Of a stretch of 64,000 nucleotides of DNA, positions 31,161 through 41,175 are shown one piece after another. This stretch comes from a virus (taxonomy: Duplodnaviria > Heunggongvirae > Uroviricota > Caudoviricetes). Within the stretch, counting starts at the first letter, position 1; every line of letters starts with the position of its first letter. A program made the translations under genes and the position numbers. The notes under the pieces were generated by a model that did no database searches, was not told the DNA's origin, and saw nothing but the letters and a program-made list of their open reading frames with translations. The DNA lies in the IMG/VR virus record IMGVR_UViG_3300001242_000012; one strand, 5' to 3'.

Positions 31161-31412
31161 TTATCCATAGTTCATTAATAAGGTTTTCATCGGAACTGCA
31201 CTTACATATGGTATAGTTTGATATTCTTTAAACTTCACATCAGGATTTCTCGGTATGAATATATCGCACCTATAATTGATATCGAATAGTTTAAAATCAA
31301 ATTGTGGAAATTCACTTCCTACGAGTCCTATCACTATGATTGCTTCATCATGAATATAAACATTGCATGCATATTTAGTTACAGAACAAAAACCTACTAT
31401 TATGACAATCAC
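31161..31412 (-). CDS. hypothetical protein (GTG start)
   Basis: AAGGAGGTG ribosome-binding site 8 nt upstream of the GTG. Confidence 0.4.
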   Translation of the reverse strand: MIVIIVGFCSVTKYACNVYIHDEAIIVIGLVGSEFPQFDFKLFDINYRCDIFIPRNPDVKFKEYQTIPYVSAVPMKTLLMNYG

Positions 31413-31435
31413 CTCCTTAGATTTAATCAGGGCGG

Positions 31436-31475
31436 GCCGTGGTAGGAATCGAACCTACTTTGACTAGTCCACTAG
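31436..31475 (-). other. tRNA-like T-arm element (GUAGG-UUCGAUU-CCUAC), not foldable into a canonical tRNA
   Basis: Perfect T-loop consensus on the minus strand in an intergenic gap. No complementary 5' acceptor strand found within 100 nt. Confidence 0.3.
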
Positions 31476-31487
31476 CTAGCCCGTAAT

Positions 31488-31501
31488 GCCCCCGAAGGGG
31501 C
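31488..31501 (-). terminator. UUCG-tetraloop hairpin (GCCCC-UUCG-GGGGC) just after the SPFH gene stop
   Basis: 5-bp GC stem with a UUCG loop on the coding strand, 7 nt after the stop codon. There is no clear U-tract, so it may be a stability or processing hairpin. Confidence 0.3.
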
Positions 31502-31507
31502 GATATC

Positions 31508-32404
31508 TTATTTGAATAAGCCAGGCATACCTGAGAGTACTGACATACCAGGCGGCACCATCATAACATTAACTTTATCATTGAATTTCTCAATGGCTTT
31601 CAACTGTACAAGGGACGGTGTTAATGATTCAGCAATGATTCTGTTGGCATCTGCTTGAGCTTTAGCATCAATTGTCATAGCTTGAGCACGGCCTTGAGCT
31701 TCTGCTACAGCCTGTTTAATTTCAATTTCTTTCTTCTTAAGAATAAGTTCTGCCTGTTGAGCCTGTTGTGCAGAATTAATCTTATCATTTACGGAAGCTT
31801 GAATGCTGCTTGGTAATCTGACTTCACCGAAGTTGAATCTTTCAACAACGATTCCATCCGGTCCAAAGAACTCTTTTAAATTATTTGTGATTAAGTTACA
31901 AGCTTCTTCACGCTGATCACCTGCAATGCCAAGTACACTGTATGTTCCGGTGCAGTTTTGGGCGATGTTTTTCATGTTGGTACGGATATAAGTCTGTGCA
32001 ATGTCCTGGATATCACGGCCCCTAAACTTATTGTATACGTGGGGAGCCATAGCTGGTTCAATATGATAGGATAAATAACTGTCAATATTCACATTCAAGT
32101 TTTCCTTAGTGGGTATTAACCAAGATTCGTCTTCTGGGCTACCCTCTGTTTTAGAAGCAGTTAATTCCAAAGTTTGCGTACTTACCGGGTATTCTTGAAC
32201 TGATTGTTTAATAGGCATTATAACATGGAAGCCTTGAAGTAGAGGATCTTTTTGTACGCCGCCTTTAGCTCGATCATACAGGACACCTACTTGTCCTGGG
32301 GAAATACTGATTGTACACATAATGGCAATAACGAGAATTACAAATGCTAATATACCTCCTATGGTACCTCCAAGCACAAACTTACCATGTGTTGATAATT
32401 GCAT
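31508..32404 (-). CDS. SPFH/band-7 (HflK/C-prohibitin-like) membrane protein
   Basis: N-terminal TM helix, an SPFH core (PGQVGVLYDRAKGGV...GFHVIMP...), and a coiled-coil AQQAQQAE...AEAQGRAQAMTIDAKAQADAN. Start chosen at an internal Met with a GAGGAG RBS. Confidence 0.7.
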   Translation of the reverse strand: MQLSTHGKFVLGGTIGGILAFVILVIAIMCTISISPGQVGVLYDRAKGGVQKDPLLQGFHVIMPIKQSVQEYPVSTQTLELTASKTEGSPEDESWLIPTKENLNVNIDSYLSYHIEPAMAPHVYNKFRGRDIQDIAQTYIRTNMKNIAQNCTGTYSVLGIAGDQREEACNLITNNLKEFFGPDGIVVERFNFGEVRLPSSIQASVNDKINSAQQAQQAELILKKKEIEIKQAVAEAQGRAQAMTIDAKAQADANRIIAESLTPSLVQLKAIEKFNDKVNVMMVPPGMSVLSGMPGLFK

Positions 32405-32583
32405 ACGATCACTCCTCTTTTTTATTATCTTCGTCTTCCGGCATGGAGAAAAGATTACTAACCCATCCTCCAAATTTAACGAAGAATCTCTTTAAACCTA
32501 TGATACAGGATATAATTACTAGTATGGCAATTAAGAAGTCAATAAACAGCCACGGTCCCATCACCTCACCTCCTTAACGACTG

Positions 32584-33120
32584 CTATTGTACTGTTACCT
32601 TCACTTCATCATTAGTCATTTTGATAGTGAAGAGAGTGTCACCAACTCTAAATGACACCGGATCAGTACCAATTGTAGTTGTTATGGTAGCCTTTACAGG
32701 TTTACTTGATACAGGAGTACTTTGTGTAACTTTCTTATCGGATTCAACCTGAAGCTGTGTCTTAACTACAGCCTTATCTGTATACTTCTTAATTAGGCTT
32801 TTGAACATGCCTTTCTTAATGTAATGATCGGCAAGTTTTTTCATCCTTATCGAAGAATACCCAAGTTCTATTCCTAGATTTGAAATAACACTATCGGGTA
32901 GTGGACACCCATACTCAGATATTGCACTTTTGAGACCTTTGATAATGGATGGGACCAGGTGTTTACGATAAGCCATTACCATACTTTGGCTCGTCCTACC
33001 ACTGATTACATTCTTTGCAAAGGTAACACTGACTGGATGAGTCGGCATAAGATTTAATGCATTCTTTAAAGCATTAATCTCTGTATCCTTCCAGTTATTA
33101 ATTAACATCTTAGCGCTCAA
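32584..33120 (-). CDS. hypothetical protein
   Basis: 178-aa ORF. Confidence 0.4.
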   Translation of the reverse strand: MSAKMLINNWKDTEINALKNALNLMPTHPVSVTFAKNVISGRTSQSMVMAYRKHLVPSIIKGLKSAISEYGCPLPDSVISNLGIELGYSSIRMKKLADHYIKKGMFKSLIKKYTDKAVVKTQLQVESDKKVTQSTPVSSKPVKATITTTIGTDPVSFRVGDTLFTIKMTNDEVKVTVQ

Positions 33121-33143
33121 TTCTCTATCTCCCCTTTAATATT

Positions 33144-33701
33144 TTAACTAGCGAATCTTAACCTCAGAACCTCCTTCCTTAAGATATTATAATAATGATG
33201 AATCTTTGGATTTGTATGTTTTCTCCATTCAGATTCATTATTATCAATTAACATCTTCCTTAAATCTGTAGCAGAAGCATGTACTCCAGGTGGTCTAGGC
33301 ACAATCAACTGATGAGTATAAGGAATTGTATTTTGGTTAAACCATTCGCCTCTGCGTTCATCATTACCTGATATAAACATACCAGGAGTATCACCCAGGA
33401 AGCATTTAGCTGCAGTTAGCAAGTAGTTACCCCATGCTTCTGAAATGTCATCTTCAGTTGTTAGATCAGCTAACGGCATTATCATCAGCTTACCGGATCT
33501 AACTTCATTACTGAAGATCGTCTGGATTAGTTCAATCCTTAGATTTATGGGGAATGGATTTCTTTCATTAGGTATAATACCGGCAGATCCCACAATAACT
33601 AAAAACTTATCGCATAAAGTGAGACCAGGACGTACCAGTGACTCATGCAGGAGGTGAAAGTGTTGGAATCTACCGATACAGAAACCAGTTGATACCATGC
33701 T
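33144..33701 (-). CDS. nadM: nicotinamide-nucleotide adenylyltransferase, NadM-type (HxGH nucleotidyltransferase)
   Basis: GRFQHFHLLHE matches the archaeal/bacterial NadM G.FQPFH.GH motif. The start lies 1 nt after the nadV stop and has a GGAGGT RBS. Confidence 0.55.
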   Translation of the reverse strand, partial: SMVSTGFCIGRFQHFHLLHESLVRPGLTLCDKFLVIVGSAGIIPNERNPFPINLRIELIQTIFSNEVRSGKLMIMPLADLTTEDDISEAWGNYLLTAAKCFLGDTPGMFISGNDERRGEWFNQNTIPYTHQLIVPRPPGVHASATDLRKMLIDNNESEWRKHTNPKIHHYYNILRKEVLRLRFAS

Positions 33702-35124
33702 ACATACCTCCATATCTTGCAATGAAGTTGTTGATGAGACCTTTAATTTCATCAGAAAGAATAATACTCTCCTGAGCTCCAGTCTGCATTCTACCAAGTG
33801 CCATTGTATCATTCCAATCGAATGTTTTTATGTGAGGCACATGCATACTCGGATTCCATTCATATACAGTTTGATACAACTCGCACCCCTTATATTTGTG
33901 CAAGCTTCCTCGTGGAATTACAATCAGGTTTGTATTATCCTTACTGTGATCAAAAGTAATGTCAACTAATCCAGGAATTGATTGTTTAATTTCATCCATA
34001 CTAAGTTTCATTCTGTCTGCACCATTACTATAGGCTGTTTTCATAGCCCAGCCATTAGTATCACGCTCAAGATGCTTATAATATCCTGATCCATGTCCAT
34101 AGAAGACAAAGTCTAATGGAACACCAGCTTCAACGAGTTGAATATCTCTGATTCTGGCTATCCTCAATGACATTGATTCTCCAATGATTGTTGAACAATT
34201 GCCAGTTCCAATTTCTTGTACTGACTTATATATTTCTATGGCTTGTTCAACAACAAGTCCTGAATCAGGGCGAAGTACTACGTGCACACCAGCATTCTTT
34301 GCACGGTGAAGCAGATAGTACATATTTCTGCTGATAAATTTGTTAGCATCCCATGTGTCAATTGGCATTGCTACGATGCCCCAACCTTTAGCTGCTGCAA
34401 CATCAATTGCACGTATACAACAGTCCATTTCAACATCAAACTGCTGTGTTACCTTATGGGCTAGTGCTGGAATACTACCTATAACTGCACTAGAACCAGC
34501 ATGCTCTGCAGCCAAGAAATCATCGGTCCCATGCAGGAATAATGGCCAAGCAATTGCAGCCCAATATGCAGCTTCTTCTGAATTATGACCTCTGTAGCCG
34601 AAGCTGTGGAATCTCCACTTATACTTCTCCCAGTCAAATCCATGTTCTTTACAAGTCTGGAGTAAGTATTGCCTCATATAAAAGGCTTCTGTAGCTAGTG
34701 CCGTGGGCCACCAGCCCTTCATTAGTCTACCTTCCCACCAGGTAACGAGCTCACCAAAACCTTTAACGGTGTTCTGTATCTGAGCAAATGGAGTACCTTT
34801 TGGACACCAGATACCTTCCGGCAACATTTCAACCTTAAGTGGTATACGGCCATCAAGCTCATTGACCACTCGTCTGAATAATGCTTCAGGAAACTCAAGA
34901 TTCATAAACTTGGCCCGATTAATAGCTCTGTCAATATGTTCGTGTGTTAATATCACATTCAAACATCGTTTAGCTATCTCACTAAGACCAAATAAGATCT
35001 GGCCTGCCGCCCTATTGTACATGTGGCTCCCCTCAAAGCCAACATCAATCTTGAAACTCCCATGTCCAAGATTATAGGTATCGGTATGAAATAATGGATT
35101 TTGACCTAGTGTCTCTAAACTCAT
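33700..35124 (-). CDS. nadV: nicotinamide phosphoribosyltransferase (NadV/NAMPT)
   Basis: N-terminal NPLFHTDTYNLGHG (TDSYK.SH-type), at the ~475-aa family length. Confidence 0.7.
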   Translation of the reverse strand: MSLETLGQNPLFHTDTYNLGHGSFKIDVGFEGSHMYNRAAGQILFGLSEIAKRCLNVILTHEHIDRAINRAKFMNLEFPEALFRRVVNELDGRIPLKVEMLPEGIWCPKGTPFAQIQNTVKGFGELVTWWEGRLMKGWWPTALATEAFYMRQYLLQTCKEHGFDWEKYKWRFHSFGYRGHNSEEAAYWAAIAWPLFLHGTDDFLAAEHAGSSAVIGSIPALAHKVTQQFDVEMDCCIRAIDVAAAKGWGIVAMPIDTWDANKFISRNMYYLLHRAKNAGVHVVLRPDSGLVVEQAIEIYKSVQEIGTGNCSTIIGESMSLRIARIRDIQLVEAGVPLDFVFYGHGSGYYKHLERDTNGWAMKTAYSNGADRMKLSMDEIKQSIPGLVDITFDHSKDNTNLIVIPRGSLHKYKGCELYQTVYEWNPSMHVPHIKTFDWNDTMALGRMQTGAQESIILSDEIKGLINNFIARYGGM

Positions 35125-35147
35125 CCTAATCTCTCCCCTTTATTTAA

Positions 35148-35588
35148 TTATTTCTTATAGATGTGGATTGTGTTCTCCCTAAACACTTCATCTATGATGT
35201 TCCTTATAACTGACCATGATGCCCCGCCTAGCCCACACCCTATGCCACAAGGAACACCAACTTTCTTACCTGGTGTAGAATCAATCAACAGCTTTACTCT
35301 ATTGCAGCATAATCTGAATGCTTCTTCATTTGTGTGCTTACCTGTCCTACCATAAGTAGCTTGAGCACACATACTTACAAATGTTAATTTAGGTAGGTAA
35401 GTAATTACTATGTTTCCTAAGGTAAGTCTACCATTTCTGTAAGCGGTCATATAGTCTAGGTAAACTTGGGGAAACATCTCTCTTATCTGACCAGCTATAC
35501 CTGATGCAAATTTACCACAGGAATTAACTTGATGAAGCATAATATTACAGTCAGAAGTTAATAGATTACCTGATATGTCAATTAACAT
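35148..35588 (-). CDS. macro-domain protein (ADP-ribose binding/hydrolase)
   Basis: HQVNSCGKFASGIAGQI, which is a diverged form of the NAAN...GGG motif, and VPCGIGCGLGG, the macro Gly-rich loop 2. Confidence 0.55.
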   Translation of the reverse strand: MLIDISGNLLTSDCNIMLHQVNSCGKFASGIAGQIREMFPQVYLDYMTAYRNGRLTLGNIVITYLPKLTFVSMCAQATYGRTGKHTNEEAFRLCCNRVKLLIDSTPGKKVGVPCGIGCGLGGASWSVIRNIIDEVFRENTIHIYKK

Positions 35589-35596
35589 ATAACCTC

Positions 35597-35932
35597 CTAA
35601 CCAGCAGCAATCAATAATGGCTGCTTAACTTCGTTGAACATAAGTTGTTTCATGTATATAATCAAAGGAATTATTTGTGCTTCAGGAAAGTCCTCATGCA
35701 CATTAATACATGCGCCTACTTTATTGAGTCTCAGCATAAATACATTATTAGTATCCACTGAACCTTCATCGTCAGTAAGCACAAAGCCCCAACCTGCACT
35801 ACCATAATCATTATAATATAAATTGGGGTAAAAACCAAGTCTCTCTACCATTGCATTAATTAATTCATGCTGATGATAATTTGGTATTCCACAGAATGTA
35901 TTCCATCTTGTTATGTCATAATAATCCATCAA
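35597..35932 (-). CDS. hypothetical protein
   Basis: 111-aa ORF. Confidence 0.4.
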   Translation of the reverse strand: MMDYYDITRWNTFCGIPNYHQHELINAMVERLGFYPNLYYNDYGSAGWGFVLTDDEGSVDTNNVFMLRLNKVGACINVHEDFPEAQIIPLIIYMKQLMFNEVKQPLLIAAG

Positions 35933-36029
35933 TGTTTTAAAATCAACATGATCAAGACATACATGAAGTGGAACAAGAACTTTAACGTATTTAACGTCAT
36001 ATGGAATGATTTTTATTGTCTATCACCTC

Positions 36030-36335
36030 CTATAACTTAAGGTTGTCTAGCACTTCGTCCTTAACCCGTTTATCTACAATTCTGTTATAATACATTCCAA
36101 GAGTTGCAAACCTTTCTGATATAAGACACTTGTAATACTGATCATATATCACATGCAGATCTACTTCAAAGTAATTGGCCATTGGTTCTAGTAGATGTGA
36201 AAATGAATCAATTTCAAGTTTATTCTCTTCTATCACATCTACTCCTTTCACGTCTTTAAGTCCTATTGCCTTTGCGAAATCTTCTTTGGTTATATTCTTT
36301 GATGTTCTAAGTTCTCTTATAAATTCACCAAACAT
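36030..36335 (-). CDS. XRE-like HTH protein
   Basis: MFGEFIRELRTSKNITKEDFAKAIGL helix-turn-helix. Confidence 0.45.
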   Translation of the reverse strand: MFGEFIRELRTSKNITKEDFAKAIGLKDVKGVDVIEENKLEIDSFSHLLEPMANYFEVDLHVIYDQYYKCLISERFATLGMYYNRIVDKRVKDEVLDNLKL

Positions 36336-37482
36336 TGTAACCTCCTAGTCTATTTTTTCATCTCAAAACACCCTTTACTAATTGTAGGGTCTTTTATTTC
36401 CATACGCTTATCATAGTACAGTGAAGTGTTATGATCATTATTAGGTTTCAGACATTCATACAGAGATGAATAATCAGCATAGAAATGAGTATATTGTCTC
36501 ATATACCTACAACGGTAACACGTTTCTTTTTCTTCCATCCTGTTACTTCCTAAATGTTAAGATAGTGTTAAGTTTATGTTAAGGAGCGGAATAAAACTTG
36601 ACACAGATAAGCCCATTACTGTATAATGGTTTTGGGAGCTTAAAACTTCTTCATTAGTAATGCTTCAATACTCATTGAGTATATATTAATGATACATGAT
36701 TAATAAATATATAACATGCATCATAAAGAAGTAAGTTTACTCACTTATCAGAACTAACTAATCACTAATGGATATTAAACCTCATGAATGATTAGTTCTG
36801 ATTTACAATTAAAGTGCATAAGTCTCAACTACATCATACAAGACTATAACACTACTGAATGTAATGAATCATTACTAATAAAGAACTGGCTTAAGGATAA
36901 CTATGATCAAATCCCACTATATACCTCTGATTGCTACTTCCGCTTGTTGAGTCACTTTTATAATCCTATTTGGTCATTTTGAGGACACATTATAGTGTCC
37001 TCTCATTGTTATAGATGATAGAAACTATTGCAGTTCCTAATGTAAGAGACATAAAGCCCATAGATATCACTAGCACCTCAGGGCCAAGAAACAGCTTTAT
37101 GGATACACCTGCTATAAAAAATAAATAGGCTAATGCTTCATTGTGATGTTTCTTCCATAGAAGATAGACTAAAAGGATTATTGCAATGATAAGAGCCGAT
37201 ATACCAAATGAAGGAACATGTATCACTGAATTACTCCTTTATTATCTATAAAGTATGAGAATACTAAGTATGATTGTACAAAGATTAATATATATACAAA
37301 TGGATGTAATGCATAAGTCGGGAAAGAAGAAAAGGCAGCATCGAATAACGTATGCAATATAATTATAATATATCCAACACAAGTACCAGCCTGAATATAA
37401 TGTTTCTCGTATATACAGACAATGATAGACATGCTCATGATAATTAAAAGTGATAGATCAAGTGCATAGAATTCCATTTTTA

Positions 37483-38052
37483 TCACCTCAATAATGAATT
37501 TAAATTATGATAAGCCTGGTTGATCTCTGCAAATCTATCATGATCACCAGTGTCCTTATTGTCCGGATGATAACGTTGAGCTAGTTTCCAGTACCTATCC
37601 TTAATCATCTTTAGATTAAGACTACTGACTTTAGGTTCAAGATTTAGAACTACTAGCCAATCCTCAACTGTCTTACTAATCAGGTTATTCCTCTGAGTAG
37701 TACTTAATTTTTCTTGAGCAAGCTTAGCACGTTCCTCGTGTATCTTCTTGGCCCATTCCTTTATGGCCTCTTTTGTTACTTCTTGTCTTTCAATCATTTG
37801 TATGTTGGAATAATAAAGACGATATTTACGTATGATGTATAATACAATGATTTCATGAATTAATGCTGTGAGAGATAGCAGTGAGAATAAGATATCATAA
37901 AGTACATAAGATACTACTATAGACGAAAGGAAGATCATAAGAGAGGCATTATTTGCGTCACTACCAAGCTCATTACCAATAACATTTATCTTGGTTGACT
38001 TGGATTTAAAGAACAGTGTATACCAGAACTTTAATATACTCATTCCGCCCAC
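37483..38052 (-). CDS. membrane-anchored J-domain protein (DjlA-like architecture)
   Basis: N-terminal hydrophobic helices, then a C-terminal J-domain IKDRYWKLAQRYHPDNKDTGDHDRFAEINQAYHNL with the HPD tripeptide. Confidence 0.65.
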   Translation of the reverse strand: MGGMSILKFWYTLFFKSKSTKINVIGNELGSDANNASLMIFLSSIVVSYVLYDILFSLLSLTALIHEIIVLYIIRKYRLYYSNIQMIERQEVTKEAIKEWAKKIHEERAKLAQEKLSTTQRNNLISKTVEDWLVVLNLEPKVSSLNLKMIKDRYWKLAQRYHPDNKDTGDHDRFAEINQAYHNLNSLLR

Positions 38053-38573
38053 TCCTTTATTATAGTATGGGCTTCGTTGAGAACTTTAAACTTTACCTCA
38101 CTCCCTGTATCTTTCCTATCAGGGTGAAGAACTTTAGCCAGGTCACGATATTTACTACGGATAACGTTCATGTCCCTGGTTTGTTGCAGTTCCATTACAG
38201 CAAAGGCTTCAGCTACAGTCATTTTCTTACGAGGCTTAGGCTTAGGTTTAGGTGCTTCTACTTTAGGTCTACCATTAGCCATCAGAATTTCATTATCGAT
38301 CTCATCTAACGTATCAGCAGCTCGCTCATATTCAGCATATTTCTCTTGAAGAGTTTTACCGTATGCTTTAAGTTCCTCAACTTTACGTTCATAGCGAGCT
38401 TTAAGACCTTCCATTATAGCTTCTTCCTTGCTGTATACTTCAAAGGCTTCCTCAAGCCTACCTTTATATAGTTCATAGTTTTGCTCAGCATTATACTTAC
38501 GTCTGAGTAATCCAATATTCACTGTCTTGGCATTACCTAGGAATTTTAACAATTCACTAAGACTTGGTGGCAA
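38040..38573 (-). CDS. J-domain protein (coiled-coil N-terminus)
   Basis: C-terminal IRSKYRDLAKVLHPDRKDTG...LNEAHTIIKEW carries the HPD motif. Tandem with the previous J protein. Confidence 0.65.
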   Translation of the reverse strand: MPPSLSELLKFLGNAKTVNIGLLRRKYNAEQNYELYKGRLEEAFEVYSKEEAIMEGLKARYERKVEELKAYGKTLQEKYAEYERAADTLDEIDNEILMANGRPKVEAPKPKPKPRKKMTVAEAFAVMELQQTRDMNVIRSKYRDLAKVLHPDRKDTGSEVKFKVLNEAHTIIKEWAE

Positions 38574-40125
38574 GTTTACACCCCCAAATATTTTTCTTTT
38601 AATTCTTTAAGTCTAGGAGCACCAATGAGTTTAAACTCATCTCGATTGCCAAAGGCAGATCTCCATCTAGCACTGCACTTCTTACTACAGAATAAACTCT
38701 TCTTGAGTGCAGCAGCCTTCTTACAATTGATGCAGATCATATATCCTCCTAATTAAGTATAGCAATCTTCCAATTATTAGCTATAACACCTATATCTAAG
38801 ATAAAACGTGGGCTTAGCATCCAACCTATATCAGGTACAAGCTCCTTTTTCTCATTAAGCACAGGATCTGGTTTTTCGACATAGGCTAGATCCATAGTTA
38901 ATAAAGGTATGCTATCTAGTAAACTAGTCAGCTCAATCACCTCCGTAAAATTCTTGATATGTAAGATACATAATTTCTGCATCTTCAGTAGATATTATAG
39001 CAGGTATACCAGTATCTTGTATACCATTTTGTTTCACCTTTACATACTGAATTCCTGAAACACATTTGCGAGCGAATATAAGTTTGCCCTCTGCAGTAAA
39101 ACCGAAGAATACAAATCCACTCTTAGCATAATGTTCTTTTAATGTTTCAATATCCATAGCATCACTCCTTCTCAACAAAAATAGGGCTGATACTATTCAG
39201 CCCTACTAGTATAATGCTTTTTAAGCCCAAATACAGCAACACTAAACATCGATATAAAGAAGATTACTTGGACGTAATATAAAAAATAACTTGTACTTAG
39301 GTATGTTAGTATAGTTATAACTTGGTGTGGATATAAATTCCTTGGTATTTGAAGGGTATGTTTGATGGCTGCATTAAGTCCTATAGGATACAGAGATACG
39401 GCGATTATAATGCCAGCTAAGAGTATTATTGCAAGTTCAAGTTTATTATTGGTCAACATCTCTTTGATTGTTTTGATTACGTATTTCCCTCCTATCATTA
39501 ATATTATCAATGATAGTCATGACTAAAAAATATAGCACTATGACGGTAACACCAGTAGCCATGATGCATATTAATAACCCGATATATGACCAAAAACCCA
39601 TAGTTTACTCCCTCCTCGTCATAACTTATATTTAGCTTCTTTCTCTTTATGCTTCCTCCTTTCTTCTATGAACGATAAATACATCATATATATAGCGTAC
39701 GCAGCACCGCATGTTAGTACAATAAGTAGTAGTACAAAAAAGTATCCAAACAGTATATCTCCCATCAGAACACCTCCTTAAAAAAAGAATAGGTGGTAGA
39801 GGAGACTACCACCTTAGTATGATGTGTGAAATTAAGTGCTACCTCCTTCCAGCTTATTAAGGTCAATCAACTAACTTATACGGGATAGATTACACCTAGG
39901 CAGGTACCTATGGCGTAACTGTATAGAAACACATATAGTGTAACTAGCAAAGCCATATTTCAACTAGGTTTGCTACTGTAGAGCAGTAGCAACTTTTATT
40001 TCTTAAAGCACAATTTAAGCAACAAATTGAATGAACCTTTCTGTTGTTTACTGTGCAATCTAGATTAATTGTATTACAATGTTTTGTACAATATCCTTCT
40101 ACATAATTCTCACATTTTAATACAC

Positions 40126-40467
40126 TCATGCAACTTCTCCTAAGTATTTAGCCCCTAAGCTCTTAAGTATCAGGGCTAATACTATTCTATGACAGAATTT
40201 ATTCTTCTTACAGAAGCACTTAAGAACTATATAATTCTGATCTAGTAGCCACTTCCACCTATCAGCATACTTAATCTGTGAATCGAGCATCATCTTATAA
40301 TAGACTTCTATGTACTGGTCATCAGTTATCTTACCTTGTTGATGATCACGTACAATTTTCCAACTAGGAGCGAATGTCTCATCACCAGTTATATCAGCTG
40401 TCTTTCTTGTTATATCAAGACCACTAAGTCCGTTATAACTCATATCAGCTGTTCGAATGTGTAACAA
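40126..40467 (-). CDS. hypothetical protein (DUF488/DUF4326-like C-terminus, weak)
   Basis: ...LKCFCKKNKFCHRIVLALIL resembles the C...CHR motif of those families. Confidence 0.3.
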   Translation of the reverse strand: MLHIRTADMSYNGLSGLDITRKTADITGDETFAPSWKIVRDHQQGKITDDQYIEVYYKMMLDSQIKYADRWKWLLDQNYIVLKCFCKKNKFCHRIVLALILKSLGAKYLGEVA

Positions 40468-40653
40468 AGAACTTCACTCCATTCCTGATGCAACTTCTAA
40501 TTGTACCACAATTACAATCTGCTTCAAGTTGAGAGCAGTTTATGCAGCATACCATTAAATCCGCGTTAGGTTCTACTTCTTCGTGCAATATCTTTCTCTT
40601 TAATCTGGGGCACATTATACTGCACATCCCATCTTTGAATTCAGTGCATTCAA

Positions 40654-41052
40654 TTATAGTAATGTTGTCGGACATCCTGCCTCCATCCAATCCTTAATGA
40701 ATTTATCTCCATCAAGATGGTACTCCATGTGAGCAGAAGGGATATCACCTTCTAGATCTATAATTGGGACAATACTTGCATATTGATTAAGATGCTTATC
40801 TGGAACCTTAATATATACAATATTCTTATCATTGAATAGATCATTGCACTGAATAGCAAGTTTTTCAGGAATTGCAATTTCAACTCTATATTCAGAATAA
40901 GAATTTACATACGACTTAATAACTGAGATATCAAGATCCTTACCTGCTGCCTTTCTCAGTTCACCCAGCAGTTTTAATCCAACTTCTATATTAGGAAGAT
41001 CAACTGCTCTAGTATCAACATTCTTACTACAAGCACAAACTATGAATTGCAT
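40654..41052 (-). CDS. hypothetical protein
   Basis: Start chosen at MQFIVCA with an AAGGAG RBS. Confidence 0.45.
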   Translation of the reverse strand: MQFIVCACSKNVDTRAVDLPNIEVGLKLLGELRKAAGKDLDISVIKSYVNSYSEYRVEIAIPEKLAIQCNDLFNDKNIVYIKVPDKHLNQYASIVPIIDLEGDIPSAHMEYHLDGDKFIKDWMEAGCPTTLL

Positions 41053-41104
41053 ATAACCACTCCTTGATAAAGTCATGGAGGCGCCTTGGACCACTTGGCT
41101 ATAG

Positions 41105-41140
41105 CATGATCAGTGCTACTGGGATTCGAACCCAGGCTCT
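41105..41140 (-). other. tRNA-like T-arm element (CUGGG-UUCGAAU-CCCAG), non-canonical
   Basis: Perfect T-loop consensus in an 80-nt intergenic gap. No acceptor pairing found. Confidence 0.3.
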
Positions 41141-41175
41141 CCTCCTCTGGCGGGGCTAAGCTGGCCCCAAGCTCA

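Noticed and set aside
31436-41140. T-arm fragments as attP sites for integration into host tRNA genes
   Set aside because: No integrase or recombinase was found in the window, and there are multiple copies at operon junctions. This favours an RNA-level role, though the attP possibility is not excluded.
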